A DNA stretch of 64,000 bases from Eledone cirrhosa (GCA_964016885.1 OZ024740.1:176576001-176640000); one strand, 5' to 3'; counted from the stretch's first letter, positions 28,318-44,175 are shown. A program made the numbers and translations. The notes: generated by a model from the sequence alone, not told the origin.

Positions 28318-29440
28318 TTACGGCACCCCCAGGTATTCCTCACCGGTCAACCGGTGTGGGCCCCGTTTTTGAGGCGAGCCTTTCCCAGACTCGTCTCACT
28401 CACCGAGCTGCAATCCTGGGTCAAGCAAAGACCGAGAAAACTGGGCGCCCTGCACACCGAGTGTGCCAAGGCGCTCACGGCTCTCTGGCAGGCGGACGCG
28501 GCTGTCAGTGGAGAATCCACCTCGTCATTCTATAGAGGGCTGGTGGTTAGCAGGTGCGACGACGCCCTCGGAGAAGCCCTAGGCATGGAGGAAGACGAAC
28601 TGGCCAACCTGTTCGGTAGGACATTCAGCCCGGGACCCATGGATAACTTTCAGAGGTCCCTGGCCTGGCAGTGCTACCGAGGGGCTCTGCCCGTTCGAGA
28701 AAGGCTCTACAGACACGGGCGCCCGGGTAGGGACCCATCGAAAAAGATCTGTCCCAGATGCGTGTGCGACGAGGAAACCGTTGCACACGCATTGGTACAC
28801 TGCTCGAGCATTGCCGATCTGTGGGGCTATGTAGAACAACTGCTGTCAAGGGTGGGACCGATCCGGTTGACCACCGAGTCTATTGTAACGATCAAGCCAC
28901 CTCCCCTCTTCAAAAACGAAGAAGAGGCGGTGTTTCTGTGCGTAATAGCCATGACGAAAGAGGTTGTATGGTGGACGCGTCTGAAGGACTGAGGTCAGAC
29001 ACCTTTCTCTCTGGCCAACAACTGGTCCGTTTCTTCCGATATCATTTCGGAAGAAGGATCAGGATGGAGAGAGAGGTGCTGCACCCCAGCCGTTATTATG
29101 AAAGATGGGTGAAAGTGGCGAGAATGGCCCGTATGAATGGGCCTTCACTCTACATCAGACTATAGGTGAGGAAGATGAAAGACCAAGGGAGCACCCCCTC
29201 TCTGTGCTCCTGAGGAGAAGGGTTGCAGACTTTTTTCGCGGGTGTGTGCGACGCCCCCAAGGCACCTCCTCTCTTGAGGATTTTGTTATAAAATTTATTT
29301 TGTTATATTTTATTTTATTTTTATACTTTTATATCTTGTTATTGCCTCCTCCATATTGAGGACGCCTTTGCATGTAAACTCCCCCCTTTGTACTTGTCCC
29401 ACTTTTGATGCCCTGGTGGCAAATAAAAAGAAAGTTATCT
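28318..29440 (+). mobile_element. Tx1-like LINE, 5'-truncated (zf-RVT C-terminus plus 3'UTR), (ATCT)n tail
   Basis: ORF 28354-28992 encodes LAWQCYRGALPVRERL..CPRC..ETVAHALVHC. AATAAA precedes the (ATCT)n tail. A 3'UTR-only fragment follows at ~29480-29640. Confidence 0.88.
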
Positions 29441-29587
29441 ATTTCACTAACTATCTATCTATCTATCTATCTATCGACTAATTTTAAATTGCATTTGTGA
29501 TAATATTTTACACGTTTTTATTGTATGTAAACTTCCCCCTTTGTATTTGTCCCCTTCATTTGTGCCCCTGTGGCTAATAAAGAAACA

Positions 29588-29641
<54 letters not shown>

Positions 29642-29685
29642 AGGTACTCAATACAAAGCAGAGTAAACATATTTAATATAGAAAA

Positions 29686-29736
29686 GGCTTCTACAGGACT
29701 AGAACTGTTTCATTCGGGAGAAATCATCAGGAAGCC
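29686..29736 (-). ncRNA. Type I hammerhead ribozyme
   Basis: Minus strand reads ggcuuc CUGAUGA uuucucccgaau GAAA cag uucuaguc cug UA gaagcc. Family copies at 37147-37197 (intact) and 9114-9162, ~31950-32000, ~49835-49880 (damaged cores). Confidence 0.8.
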
Positions 29737-29767
29737 GACTGTCCAAACATAGACGCCTTTTCTATAT

Positions 29768-29807
<40 letters not shown>

Positions 29808-29808
29808 T

Positions 29809-29839
<31 letters not shown>

Positions 29840-29959
29840 ATCATACATATATATATACATATAAATATACATATAAATATACATATAAATATACACGAAT
29901 ATATGTGTCTATATATATATGGAGGGTATATACACACACATATATATATGTGTATAAGC

Positions 29960-30343
29960 AGAAGGGATATTCAATTTGTTAGTAATTCAACAAATATAAA
30001 TGTTTATAACTGATTCAGAGCACTCGATACGTTTACTGGAGTATAATATTCAATGATATTAAATAAATGGAAACTATATTTATAAAACCATATTTATTCT
30101 ATTATATATATTTCAAGGGTACCAAAACTTTGGTACGCTATCATCAGATAAAATACGAAGTGTGTTTTATAAATTTTGACATAACCAAGAAAAATATACC
30201 TTAACGGTACAAGTTTTCCTTGGATAGTCATTCGTACTTTATCTGATGATAGCGTACCAAAGTTCGGTACCCTTGAAATATATATAATAGAATAAATATG
30301 GTTTTATAAATATAGTTTCCATTTATTTAATATCATTGAATAT
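29960..30343. mobile_element. Fold-back element with two hammerheads (30095-30155 -, 30235-30294 +), same family as 14473
   Basis: Arms ~30046-30160 and ~30231-30343, ~85-nt tail on the left, TA-rich flanks. Confidence 0.85.
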
Positions 30344-30504
30344 ATATATATGTATGTGTTATGCACATATATGTATATGTGATTTAAGACATGAGAATTT
30401 AAAAGGAATTAAAAGTTCTTTAAAGGCTCAAATATTGCCTTATTTCTTGAAAAATATTTTCACCTTCCTCATCAGACACCAGCTTGCTAGACCTGACGTG
30501 GTCC

Positions 30505-30555
<51 letters not shown>

Positions 30556-30790
30556 AGTGTGTATACCCACCATATATATATACATACACACACACATATA
30601 TATATATATATATCTAAAGACACTTTTTCCAATTTCATCCCGCCCGTCACCTCAATCTATTTTATTTCTCATTCTTTCTTCTGAAAGGACTAGCTTCCGA
30701 AACGTAAAGACCCTCTTCCTGCTATATCTAATATATACCTTCCATATACTGTACCGATTGTGTTGTTATTTCTGTTTACCTTTTACATAC

Positions 30791-30821
<31 letters not shown>

Positions 30822-31094
30822 TATATAATATAAGATCAAAAGATGGTTAAAGGAGTTCCATGTTTTTTATTATGCGCATTTCAAAAACAAACATCATCAT
30901 GCAATAATATTTGTGTTTTCATCAGATAAAACAGGAGAACATGATATGAAGGCTAAAAAACACTTGTGGATAGTGCAGTTTTAAATCAACATATCAACAT
31001 ATACATATCAACATATATATATATATATTTAGAAACACACAGATACATGCGTACACACACATATACATGAATGCATCCGCACCCAACCGTGAGT

Positions 31095-31203
<109 letters not shown>

Positions 31204-31376
31204 GAATATATATATTTTTATTTACGTATATGTGGGTGAGTGTATAGGTGGATGAATTGAGAATATACATATGTATATATACATATATAGAATTATATAT
31301 ATAATATATATGGACGTATGTATATGCAAGAAGACATACATATGTGTTTATGTCTTAATGTCTGTGATCAAAATTT

Positions 31377-31419
<43 letters not shown>

Positions 31420-31664
31420 GTGTTGGTAGGTAGGTAGAATGAGGATCTATCTAGGGTGAGAACAATGTACTGAAAAAAGTCAAATTATTTCTAGTAGAAC
31501 TGAATAATACTTATTGACAAATTGAACCAACATGAAAGCGACAATGAATTTCTCGTTACGCAATTGCAGCCGAATCAGGACTGACAATGAGAACTCCCGT
31601 AGAGGCTCACAAATTTACTCACACATGCACACGCAAACATAAACAAGCACGCACACACATACAG

Positions 31665-31744
<80 letters not shown>

Positions 31745-31827
31745 TTTTATATTTAAATATATATATTGTTTTTTTTAGGTGAATATGCAGTTACATATTT
31801 TATATATTGCAAAATATAATAACAGAC

Positions 31828-31939
<112 letters not shown>

Positions 31940-32108
31940 ATATCGAAATGGTTTCTATAGGACAAGAAATGTTTCATTCGGAGGAAATTATCAGGAAAGC
32001 CCAGGGCTCTTTCCCTATTACCCACTCTACTACCCTAAGTATCGAGTAATCTGGTCTGTTATGGTCCACCTGGTATCTCACCACACTTTATTCGTTATAT
32101 ATATGCGC

Positions 32109-32208
<100 letters not shown>

Positions 32209-32498
32209 TTGTGCGTGTGCGTGTCTGTGCGTGCTTGTTTATGTGTGCACGTGTGAGTATAACTAAAATTTTATACACTCAATATGTATGCGCGACCTTA
32301 GGTTTAGGGTGCCCGAAGAGAAGCCAGCAATAAAAAGACTCCTCCACTATTCAGTGGTGGCCCTACCTGTACCCGGAACCTTAAAGTCGTGCATACATTG
32401 AAGTGTATGAGATTTTAATTATACTCAAATAGATCTCTTGCTATAAATTTATCATCGTTTTTCATTGGTATTTTCTGCATGCATCTATCTATCTATCT

Positions 32499-32686
32499 GG
32501 AGATGAAGGTTGCACATTTTTTTCGGGGGTAGGTGTTACCCATATGTAATGTCTCCCCCTATTGGGGAAAATCGATTAACTTTTAAATTGTATTTGTGAT
32601 AGTATTTTACACGTTTTTATTGTATGTAAACTTCCCCCTTTGTATTTGTCCCCTTCTTTTGTGCCCCTGTGGCTAATAAAGAAACA

Positions 32687-32730
<44 letters not shown>
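32499..32730 (+). mobile_element. Tx1-like 3'UTR fragment flanked by (ATCT)n on both sides
   Basis: Matches 53385-53575. Confidence 0.8.
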
Positions 32731-32737
<7 letters not shown>

Positions 32738-33074
32738 ATATCTATACATAGATAGATACCTACACACACACGCGCGCGCGCACGCGCGCACACACACATA
32801 TATGTATATACTGTATCAAGGTATCGTTTAAGGTAATCCATACTGACCAGTATTTTGATGATTTGATTGGGCATATACTGTAATTAAGGTCGAGTGACGT
32901 AACTTCTAACGATCAGCGGCTATTAGACTCAACTGATTAAAGAAATAATTTTTAATACTGTAAATAAACCCTTTTGTACAGCCGACTATGTTATTCTTCA
33001 TTCTTTTACTATATATATATATATATATATTACTTCAAAATATTAATAAATATAGACATTCATGTGATCAAATA

Positions 33075-33140
33075 TATTTTATTATACATATTTCAGAGGT
33101 ACTGAGGTATTTCATCAGTACATCCTCATCAGATAAAATA
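33075..33140 (-). ncRNA. Type I hammerhead ribozyme (family of 9243-9308)
   Basis: Minus strand reads uauuuuau CUGAUGA ggauguacuga..ucaguaccucu GAAA uaugua UA auaaaaua. Confidence 0.8.
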
Positions 33141-33325
33141 AATTGATGTCTGACATACCTCAAGTGTGGTGTTGTTTCAATTCCAGTCTTGGCAATGATT
33201 AGTTATGACAAAACTCAATATTTATATACCATAAATCGTAATATGACAAACTACATATAATGATAAATTTTTGGTTACATATATATATATTTATATATTT
33301 ATATATATGTATATGTATATATACG

Positions 33326-33368
<43 letters not shown>

Positions 33369-33653
33369 ATGTGTGTGTGTGTGTGTGTGTGCGTCTCTGT
33401 GTGTCTGTATGTGTAGAGTCTACAGCGCTGTCGCCGGGGAGACCATTAATCATGGGAGTACTCAATGCAATGGGAGATGCAGAGTGGGTATAGAGATTTG
33501 TAAAATATTGGCCCCAGCGCCAAGCTTTTTCGGCTTTTCTGTTCAAGGAAAGGCTTTCTAAACGCACAAGCCAGAACCACTTGGCACCACGGTTGGGATT
33601 TTACATCTCTCACTCTTCCTTTTTTTCTCCCCCCCCCCCCCTCTCTCTCGCTT

Positions 33654-33701
<48 letters not shown>

Positions 33702-34186
33702 TCTCTCTCTCTCTCTCTCACTCGAAATTATCATTGCTTAAGTGCCTTTCCAGAGACCCAGGCCACCTAGCACACACAAGTCAACCAGAGAATACCTTCT
33801 CTACTTAAGGCTTTTAACATCTCAGGCCGAATTTCAACCTCCCTAGCGGCCTGTCCGTACTTTTTCATATCCAGTTATCTTACAGTTAAGAAACAATTAG
33901 AAAATTATAACTTAATATCTATGGTCGATAGTCAAATTTTATCAGCTATTAGGGTGACTTCAACTGTAGCTTCTGATTGTTCAAACTTCGACTCGGGTAC
34001 GTCTCACTATTAACCACCGTGCAAAAGTTCCAGGCATAGAAAATCTAAAAACCAAAATCTTATAGCGATTTACTGATGAAAGTTTTTAAGGATTGAAAAA
34101 TTTGAATAAATCATTACGAAATGTACGATAAAGTTATATCTGTATACATACAGAGTGGGTAACTGAAACTGTACCAATGTTCATAT

Positions 34187-34292
<106 letters not shown>

Positions 34293-34701
34293 GCACACAC
34301 GCACACACACACACACTCACACACACACATATATATATATATATATTGATATATAATGCGAGAAAATAAAAAAAATAAAGGTAGTAAGAAACAACAAATA
34401 TCATACACTCACGTATACATACATATATTTCACACACTTTTACCCAGAAATATATATTAATAAATATTTCTATTTTACATAATACATATATGTATGTCTT
34501 ATTTATATATATACATTTACCATGTATATATATGTGTGTGTGTGTGTCTATATGAATATAAATAAATATATATATATATATAATATATAGATGTATACTC
34601 ACCACTCTTAAAAAGCTTGAAACTAATAATAGATGTAACATTTACTGCTGCGTTTGTCTGTTTTTCTTTTCTTTCTTTTTTTGTTTTCTGATATTCCGAA
34701 C

Positions 34702-34732
<31 letters not shown>

Positions 34733-34746
34733 ATACCTATATACAC

Positions 34747-34824
<78 letters not shown>

Positions 34825-35017
34825 TTTCATATATATATATACATGATAAATATATGAATATATAAATATGTAAATATATACATATATGTATTATGTAAAA
34901 TATAAATATTTCTTAATATATATTTCTAGATGAATGTATGTATAATATATGTATGTATACGTGAGAGTATGATATTTGTGTTTTCTAACTAGCTTTCTTT
35001 CTTTCTTTTTTTTTGTT

Positions 35018-35097
<80 letters not shown>

Positions 35098-35250
35098 TAC
35101 ATATATATACATACATATATACATATACATACATATATATATATATATGTGTGTTTATGTGTAAATATGTGTGTGTTTATGTGTCTGTGCATGTTTGTGA
35201 GACTGTGAGTGCTTATGTGTGTATTAAACCAATAATATAATATCTATATT

Positions 35251-35366
<116 letters not shown>

Positions 35367-35548
35367 TATATATATATTAAAATAACAGATTAAAATTTAA
35401 GCAAAGAGTCGCTGCTTTCACTCTTAACGGGATCTTAAACTTTAATCTGTTATTTTTATAAATATTTGCTCTACGGTTCTTATATATTTGATATATATTT
35501 ATCCTTATCGAGTACTCTTTTGATTTTAGTCTTCAAATTTATTATTAT

Positions 35549-35624
<76 letters not shown>

Positions 35625-36856
35625 GAGAGAGAGGGAGACAGAGAAAGAGAGAGAGAGAGGGAGACAGAGAAAGAGAGAAATAAATAGATAGATAGACAGA
35701 CATACACATATATAGATTGATATATAGATAATAAACTGCAGTTTGATTTCCTCGAGGGAATTTCTAATTTAGAATGAAATATTTGCAGAAATCTTTTAGC
35801 TTTAGAAAAATGGATTATGATTGAAGTAGAAATCTACCAGATATATTTCAAAAGGCATACTTATTATCTTACCTATATTACTGAGCCACTTGTTAACAGA
35901 AAAACTCTAACTTCGTAGAGGATATAGGAAACCCTTATGTCGTAAAGTATGTACAAGGTATATTTAAATTTTAAAATAATGGAATCGAATCTTCTTAATA
36001 TTGGGGTTTGGCAATAACATTTCTTTGAGATCGTTATACGACAGTTATGTTTTAGATATGGCTATTATTTCTATTGAGAAACCAGTCAAATCTCAATATA
36101 TACATAAATATGAAATTACCGTATTTCCCAAAAATATCTCTTTGAGGCCCTGATCATAAGGTAAAGGGTCCGTTTCCAAATGGGTTTTAAGCAAGACAAT
36201 TTATATCTCATTTATTCAATCCATTGAGCTAGAAATGATGAATTGTCTCTGCGATTCAAAAGTATAATCTTAAGATATACATGAGAATTATTTATCGTTA
36301 CACGTGAGAACCGATGGAGATCCCTCATATATATGTACGTATGAAAATGCATTGAATCTTAATAATTTATTATACTATCAGAATATTTTTCATCGTCACT
36401 GATATCGGAAATGTTCTATTTATCATTACATGTAGAATATGGAGGAGGAATGAGGAATAGTAAACAAAATTTCACTTCATCTTTGTAAAGTTTTGAAACA
36501 TGATCAATATTTAATCAGTCATTCTAAAAGGAAACAAGAGCATATATATATATATATATATATACAAAGAGCGGAATTAAAGTATACCGCCAATTCACAG
36601 TAATAATAATATTAGCTCAAAGAAGAACAGAGAATTTTCATCGGAGCTCAAATACAGAGAGAAGTGTATTACATAGTGAGAAGTGTGTCAAAAATTATTT
36701 AAAACTCTACTTCAGAGATTTGATTCTGACTTAGTTTTTTTCTATTTAATTGCTAACCTGTAGGTATTGTTCTCCATACAGTAACGGTTAAACTCACATG
36801 TAATAATTTTTTATACACTTCTCACTGTGTAACACACTTCTCTCTGTGTATTTATA

Positions 36857-36952
<96 letters not shown>

Positions 36953-37012
36953 AAAAGAGTCAGGACCTAGATGTATACATGTAAACATGCCTATGTGATT
37001 ATATATGTATAT

Positions 37013-37061
<49 letters not shown>

Positions 37062-37146
37062 TAAGTTATTCCGAGTTGAGTCAGAGGTAACTACAGTAAG
37101 TAAGGTACTCAATACATAGCAGAGTATAAAAGTTTTAATATAGATG

Positions 37147-37197
37147 AGATTCTACAGGACTAGAACTGTTTCATTCTTTAGAAATCATCAGGAATCT
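37147..37197 (-). ncRNA. Type I hammerhead ribozyme (family of 29686-29736)
   Basis: Minus strand reads agauuc CUGAUGA uuucuaaagaau GAAA cag uucuaguc cug UA gaaucu. Confidence 0.8.
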
Positions 37198-37888
37198 GGG
37201 TTTCCAAAAATAAATGTTGTGGTATTTATATCTTTTCAGATGGTAGGAGAGGGTGGGGAGTGGGATGGGTGGAGGTCATTGGTTGAAAGAAAAGGGAATT
37301 CATTAAAAGCTAATTCTTTAAGGCTATAATTTATATTTAGAGTGACAAAGGCAGAAAAATTCTATAAACAAGTTCAGATTGGGGTGCCACTCCTTATTTT
37401 TAAGTTTCTCTTAAGCTAACAATGCCTATATTTCAGGTGTCTATAACTATTTCATGTACCGTGTCGTTTGTTTCATATTTTTATAATTTCTGTTTACCTT
37501 TCACACACACACATACTCATATAAATATATATATATATATATGAAAAATAAGGGAAGAAGGATACTGCGTGGTTGTACATGGGTTACATATTATAAAATT
37601 AGTCCCTCATCAGTGATTTGCCAACCGTCATTGGTATTTCATCGCATTAATATATATATATATAAATGGAAAAGAATGAAACGAAATTTCATTTCTCACT
37701 CTTAGTACGGCTGATACCTAAATATAAGTATGTACACGTACATACATATATGTGAAAGTATAAGGAAAATAAATGGAAAATGTAACTGGAGTCTTTTTAA
37801 GAATATTTATTTATTTCCTTTACAGGTTTGGCAGTTTTTATGCTTTTCAAAAGTAGAATTGAGATAGAGGGTTTGTGGTTTGTTTCGC

Positions 37889-37940
<52 letters not shown>

Positions 37941-38107
37941 GGGGTAACAAATAATAGATCTGACTGGTTATAATTTTGTATTGGCGATCGAGTAACGTGA
38001 AAATAAGCGAATAGCGATCTCTAGACCTACCAGTTCAGAGAAACAATTGTCAGCTATGAGATTAAAAACCTTTTTTGTATAGCAAACCATGTCAACCTTC
38101 TTTCCTG

Positions 38108-38145
<38 letters not shown>

Positions 38146-38192
38146 GTGTGTGTGTGTATGTGTGTGTGTGTGTAGTGTGTATATATATATAT

Positions 38193-38387
38193 ATAGGAAT
38201 CGTAGGACCCCGACGGCTGAGCTCAAGCCGTTTCGACGGCTAATTCTGGACGAGAATTAGCCGTCGAAACGGCTTAAGCTCAGCCGTCGGGGTCCTACTC
38301 GTTCCTATTACCCACTCTACTACCCTAAGTATTGAGTACTTTGTTGCGTTATAGCCCACCTGGTTCCTTACCACATTTCCTTCGTTA
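38193..38387. mobile_element. Fold-back element carrying the 3' half of a hammerhead
   Basis: Arms ~38193-38248 and ~38254-38308 plus an ~80-nt tail. Sister copies at 54623-54830, 54958-55128 and 55637-55840. Unfolded copy at 50459-50650; tail only at ~32010-32098. Confidence 0.85.
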
Positions 38388-38580
38388 TATATATATATAT
38401 ATACACACACATATGTATGTATATATATATACATGCATAAATATATATATACACTACACACACACACTCGTATTTATATATATGTATGTGTATATACATA
38501 AATATATATATAATGTAATATATATAAATATATATGATGAACATGCGAGTAACAAGGCTCACGACTTGCCCGTAATTACA

Positions 38581-38627
<47 letters not shown>

Positions 38628-38741
38628 TTATTTTTTCGATCGACTTTCGTCAAATCGGACCGAGGAAACAATGTTTCCATTGGTCGTTCTCATTGCTAAT
38701 ACTATCTTTCGGTGCAACTCCAGGTAGAAGATATATATACG

Positions 38742-38825
<84 letters not shown>

Positions 38826-38830
<5 letters not shown>

Positions 38831-39410
38831 TGAGTTATAAACTCGAAATAGTCTTTTACAATTAAATAGCTCAAAGAAGGGAATATTTCCGAGCCGTGTA
38901 ATACAAATGAATATATGAGGGATGAACACCTATACAATTATACATGTGTTCGAATTGCAAATGATCAAGTTAGCTAGGTTGAAAAATACTAATTTAACAT
39001 AATATGGTTTGCCTGTCTCGATTTAAAATAATAAATCAATAAAAATAACAAACCTATATTGGCAATGGCCGTGATACTCGGACAAATTCTAAATTTGTTT
39101 CGCAACAATTAAGTGAAAGTTACTGTTCCTGTGCTCTTCTGCGGGTATCCAGGAAAATTCGTATCAATCCATACGTTGAGCTAATTTTAGCTCCATACGT
39201 TGAGCTAATTTTAGTCCCATAAAACCGACTGCTATTTTTAGCGGCACGAGTATGGGACGAGTTAGGCGCTAGGATACATGTGCGTTCAACAACACGTATT
39301 CTCAGTCTTCTTAAGTACTCTGAAGTGAGTGATACGAATATTGGATATATATTTATCCTTATCTAACCCTCTTTGGATTTTTGTCTTCACATTTATTATT
39401 ATTATTATAT
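38826..39410 (-). mobile_element. ~590-bp TA-flanked non-coding element with a hammerhead-like motif (39073-39149)
   Basis: Homologous pieces at 10365-10460, 10790-11200, 12910-13000, 24390-24660 and 35460-35555. The core here reads CAGAAGA (mutated). Confidence 0.7.
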
Positions 39411-39429
39411 ATATATATAATAATAATAT

Positions 39430-39602
39430 GGTGGTGGATTAGCAGTATAGGTAGAGGGTCGGACACCATGCTTTGACGCATAGAGTTACGGCCCTTGCAA
39501 TTCTGAGTTCAAATCCCGTCGAGGTTAACTTTGCCTTTCATCCTTACGGGTTAGAAAAATAAAGTACCAGTAATGCGCTGGTTATTTTCTGACCTTGTGC
39601 CA

Positions 39603-39606
<4 letters not shown>
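39430..39606 (+). mobile_element. tRNA-derived SINE, same family as 2158
   Basis: Colinear with 2158-2350. Confidence 0.85.
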
Positions 39607-39640
<34 letters not shown>

Positions 39641-40448
39641 ATCCCATTTATTTCTAGTGTAACCTCATTCTTCCTATTTCTGTCCACATATTCCATCAAA
39701 TACGTGTCTTCTTTCAGTTTTTCTTCATGTTTACCATGTTTTCTTTTTTTCTTTTTTTTCTTGTTTTGTTCCGACCTCTTGCTCCCTTACTGTAGCTAAT
39801 AATCTCTCTCTCTCTCTCCCTGCCTCTCTCTCTATCGCGAGAGAGAGAGGCAGATATATATATATATGTAAATATATATATGTGTGTGTTTGTGAGTGTA
39901 CATTATATGTTGGCGTATGTACACACACACACTCACTCACACGTATGGAGGAATACGTAAAGGGGAATAAATATATATTTGGGTTAAAATGCCTCAAATC
40001 CCACTATCCTTCTTTCTTTGCTATTTACTTCTATTCATTAACTTAATATTCATCTTATATTTTGTGGAAATCCTTCTTTTCACTTCAATCTCCTTTTTAT
40101 TACTGAATTTCCTTGTTTCTTTTCATGCTTTCGTTTTAAAAAAAAAATTTTTTTTCCAAATTAATTATCTCTGTGTATATTCCCGGTTAAGCATATTTTT
40201 TCGAAATACCGCATATTTGTGGTTGACTCTTGTTATTTTTTAAACATTCTATCGCGATTCTTTTAAATAATATTCGATTATTTTTTTCTTTCTGCAAATT
40301 CCTTTCTTTTGTAATCATCCAATTTGTTACCACTTTAATATCTTCTTCTTCTTCTTCTTCTTCTTCTTCTTCTTCTTCTTCTTCTTCTTCTTCTTCTTCT
40401 TCTTCTTCTTCTTCTTCTTCTTCTTCTTCTTCTTCTTCTTCTTCTTCT

Positions 40449-41398
40449 TTCTGAAGCAACCGTTTCCAACTGATCCGGCTGGATCCCCAAGGGAGACCAG
40501 CCAGGCTCATGGATGTTATCCAACCTTCTTGATCGGGGTCCACCCCTGAGTCTCCTGCCGGCTGGTTTTGCCCGTAAAATCTGTCCAGCGATTCTTTCTT
40601 GAGACATGCTAGCCACGTGCCCATAGTATCAGAGCTGTGATCTCTCAATTCGGAGAAATAGCGGCTCTACCTGGAGGGACTCTTTGATCTCCGAGTTACG
40701 CACTCTATCCAGTAACGTTACTCCAAAGATCCTTCGGAGGAATCTTATTCCGGTCACTACCCAAGATTCAACAGCATAGCTAAGGCTTGGCACGAATACC
40801 GAATTGAAGATAGCGAGTTTGGCTTTTACGCCTACTTCTCTTCTTCACATTACTGCACGAGCTCCTGCAATTCTTGCACTTAATTCAGCCGCCTGCCTTC
40901 TATCACTTGTGAACACGGCCCAAGATACTTGAACTTCTCTACCTGCTTCTGTGGAACTCCATTCACATGTGTAGTGCAATGCTCAGGCTTTCTTGACAGG
41001 ACGAGCGTGTCAGTTTTCGCGGCACAGAATATTATTCCCACCATGCAGCACTCAGCATCAAACCTATAGAGTGCAAGTCGGAGATCATCTTCTATCGATT
41101 TAAGTAAAACCATATCGTCTGCAAATTTCAGCCAACTGATTTTACATCCGCAAGCCATGATACCACTTCCAACCAGGCTGCATACGTCAATACTGTTCAT
41201 GTAAATAATGAACAGGAGGAGTGAGAATATACACTCCTAGTGGAGGCCGAGTCCTACACTTGATAGTTTCAATTTAGCACCATTTATCCGAACACAAATA
41301 TTCGGGCATTCGTATAGAGACATCAGAGTAGCAATAAGCTGACAATCGATCCCATAATCCTGCAGAATCTTCCACAGCAGGTCCTGGGGAACGCTGCA
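40449..41398 (-). mobile_element. RTE-clade LINE 3' fragment with (AAG)n tail
   Basis: ORF 40880-41200 encodes LKFADDMVLL..KTDTLV..QVEKFKYLG (RT motifs). 3' end runs into (TTC)n at 40341-40449. A second 3' piece lies at 60795-61115 (+). Confidence 0.88.
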
Positions 41399-42730
41399 AT
41401 GTCATTCTCCTCAAATTCGTGGTGTGCCTATGTTAGAATCGATTATTATTTTTAAAATAAAATAGAATCTCTACAGAAATGTAAATATTGAAACTTCATT
41501 TTGTCAACAATACGACTTCCCTCTCTCAGATTTATGGCACTGAGACTATGCTAGACATCAGTCTTGATATTATCGATTATATCTTATAGTAATTATTTGC
41601 CTCTCTTTATATATTCTGAGTTCAAGATGTGCTGAGTTGCAATTTGAATTTCATCCTCGTAGGTGTCGATAAAATATATGCCAGTAAGGTACTGAAGACT
41701 ATCAATATAACTGACCTTATCTGTTGAATCGGTAGATCATCGGAAAAAATTCGTTGTATTTCGTTACATACTTTATATTCAGAATCTGAAAACAAAAGAA
41801 AAGTAAGGATACAGAGAGAAAGTGGTGCCCTTATTTGTCGAATGTTGTGTGAAAATGGTGAGCTTCCTTCAACCGAAGAGTCATACTATCAGCAGGTGCC
41901 TATTGACCAGGAAATAACAGCTATAGGAGGGAATATATCCTTGTAGTCAGGGTAACCATAGATCTGTGGGATTTATTCCTTGGACTTAGATTGCGAACCT
42001 TCTATCACCGGACTCTATTATACATTTTCTTTCTGGTTTTTCTTTCATTCATTCACTTTTTGTGTAATCGCTTTATACGTCGCCCTGTCATCCTTCAAGT
42101 TTGATATAATAAAGTTCCAGTCAAGTAATGTAATTGATTTGATGGACTTTTCTCTATCCCGAAATTACTGGCCTTTAAGCGAAAGTAGAAACCATTATTT
42201 CTTTTCTTCTCCAGATTGTGTAATGTCGTAACATGATCCTCAGTGGACATTGGTTCTATTTCGGTTCTAATATTCCCCATCTAAATGATTTGACCTACAG
42301 TTTTGTTTAGGAGGGTTTATGTCGATTTGTAAGCTTATTTTTATCGATATATCTGCGCTAACAATGTTCGACTTGTAGTTATTTATTTCTCTATCAGTGT
42401 GAATAGGTACGTTCCAGAAAGCGGTGTCATCGTTTACGAGCTTTTTACTCAATAGGTGAAGGCAAGTGTGATTGCTTTTAATTTCTGAGTGAACCTCTAG
42501 GACTAAAAAGGAGTTCCTTTCTTCTAATAGAGGTCATTTGCCCGTGGTGGTCAGAGTAACTATAACATTTGTTCTCTCGTATAAGGAAGACTGTTTAACT
42601 ATGTATAATATGTATACTATGGATACCGGGGTATAATATAGGATTATGATTGGCGTCTGCTTGAGTTGAAGTATAGCATAGTTTTGGTTTAGATTTGTTT
42701 TTTGTTTACATTCATTCACGGCAAATGGCA

Positions 42731-42896
<166 letters not shown>

Positions 42897-42907
42897 TATA
42901 TATATAT

Positions 42908-43281
42908 ATGGTGGCTGCCAACTCGTTTTCGAGTACGGCCACTTCTTTATATCCATGTAGGAGAACCCCTACCGATACGCTGAACGAGTGTGACTCTGGT
43001 ACAAACACTACACTTGTTGACACATAGTGCTGGGCCCATGGTACCATGTGACGACAAGTGCAGAGAGATCTCCAGATATAAAGCAATTCCTGTGCCGTGA
43101 AGCTTTTATAGTGAGCAAAGGCACTGTACAATGCCAGTCCCACTCTCTTAACCAAGATGATATTTACCAAAAAGAACAACAAGTCAACATCATTGGATAT
43201 CATCAGGGTTGCAGCTGTTATATCAGAGTTTTCCTTCTCCTAGAATTCTGCCTTGACAAAGGCTGAGGGGTCATCTCTCCC
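42908..43281 (-). mobile_element. 5'-truncated copy of the short RTE-derived element
   Basis: Reverse complement of ~18930-19340 with a small internal deletion. Confidence 0.8.
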
Positions 43282-43323
43282 GGTGATGAAAAAAAAAAAA
43301 TATATATATATATATTTGTATAT

Positions 43324-43408
<85 letters not shown>

Positions 43409-43478
43409 CGGAACAAGTAAACATTAAACAATCTTTTAAATAAATTAAAATACGATTTAAATATTTACCCCTTCTAGT

Positions 43479-43558
43479 GCCATGACCGACGGTTTCGCTA
43501 ATCAAAAGATTGGAAATTCAGAGAATTTCCAATAGAAAGATATAGCTCTTCAGATAGC
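43479..43558 (-). ncRNA. Type I hammerhead ribozyme with extended stem II
   Basis: Minus strand reads gcuau CUGAAGA gcua..auuggaaauu cucug aauuuccaau..uagc GAAA ccgucgg UC auggc, about 75 nt from a (TA)n tract. Confidence 0.82.
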
Positions 43559-43866
43559 TTTTCCAAACCTACAAGATATAAATCCACGTAGATGTGGATG
43601 TATCGCTTTCTGTCCGGTGCATGAATCAAGCCGTTAAAATGACCACCACACAAATGGGCCGTTAGAAAGAGCGGGAATAATAGACTACTTGATATTTCAT
43701 GTTACTAGAAATAGCAGCATGATACAACATTTTTTTCTCAATTTAAAAGATTTTTCCGCTCATATTTACAGTTCTGGTATCTCAAATTAGTACCATGGAA
43801 CAACCACTCTTATAGACACCATATATATTTCCGTGGGTACTTAGTACCCACTGCAATATCTATATC

Positions 43867-43994
<128 letters not shown>

Positions 43995-44175
43995 ATCCAT
44001 ATGTGGTTGATGACTGAGAGAAAAGAGTACTAAATACTGAAGTAGAGTTTTAATATTCATTTTAGTAAGGCCGAATAGTGAGTCTTGTTACTCTGGAGTT
44101 CCGTCGACCCTGTGATAAACAAGCGAAACATTAGTGTAACAATACTAACTATTTAGCCTTAATAAAGTGAATGTA

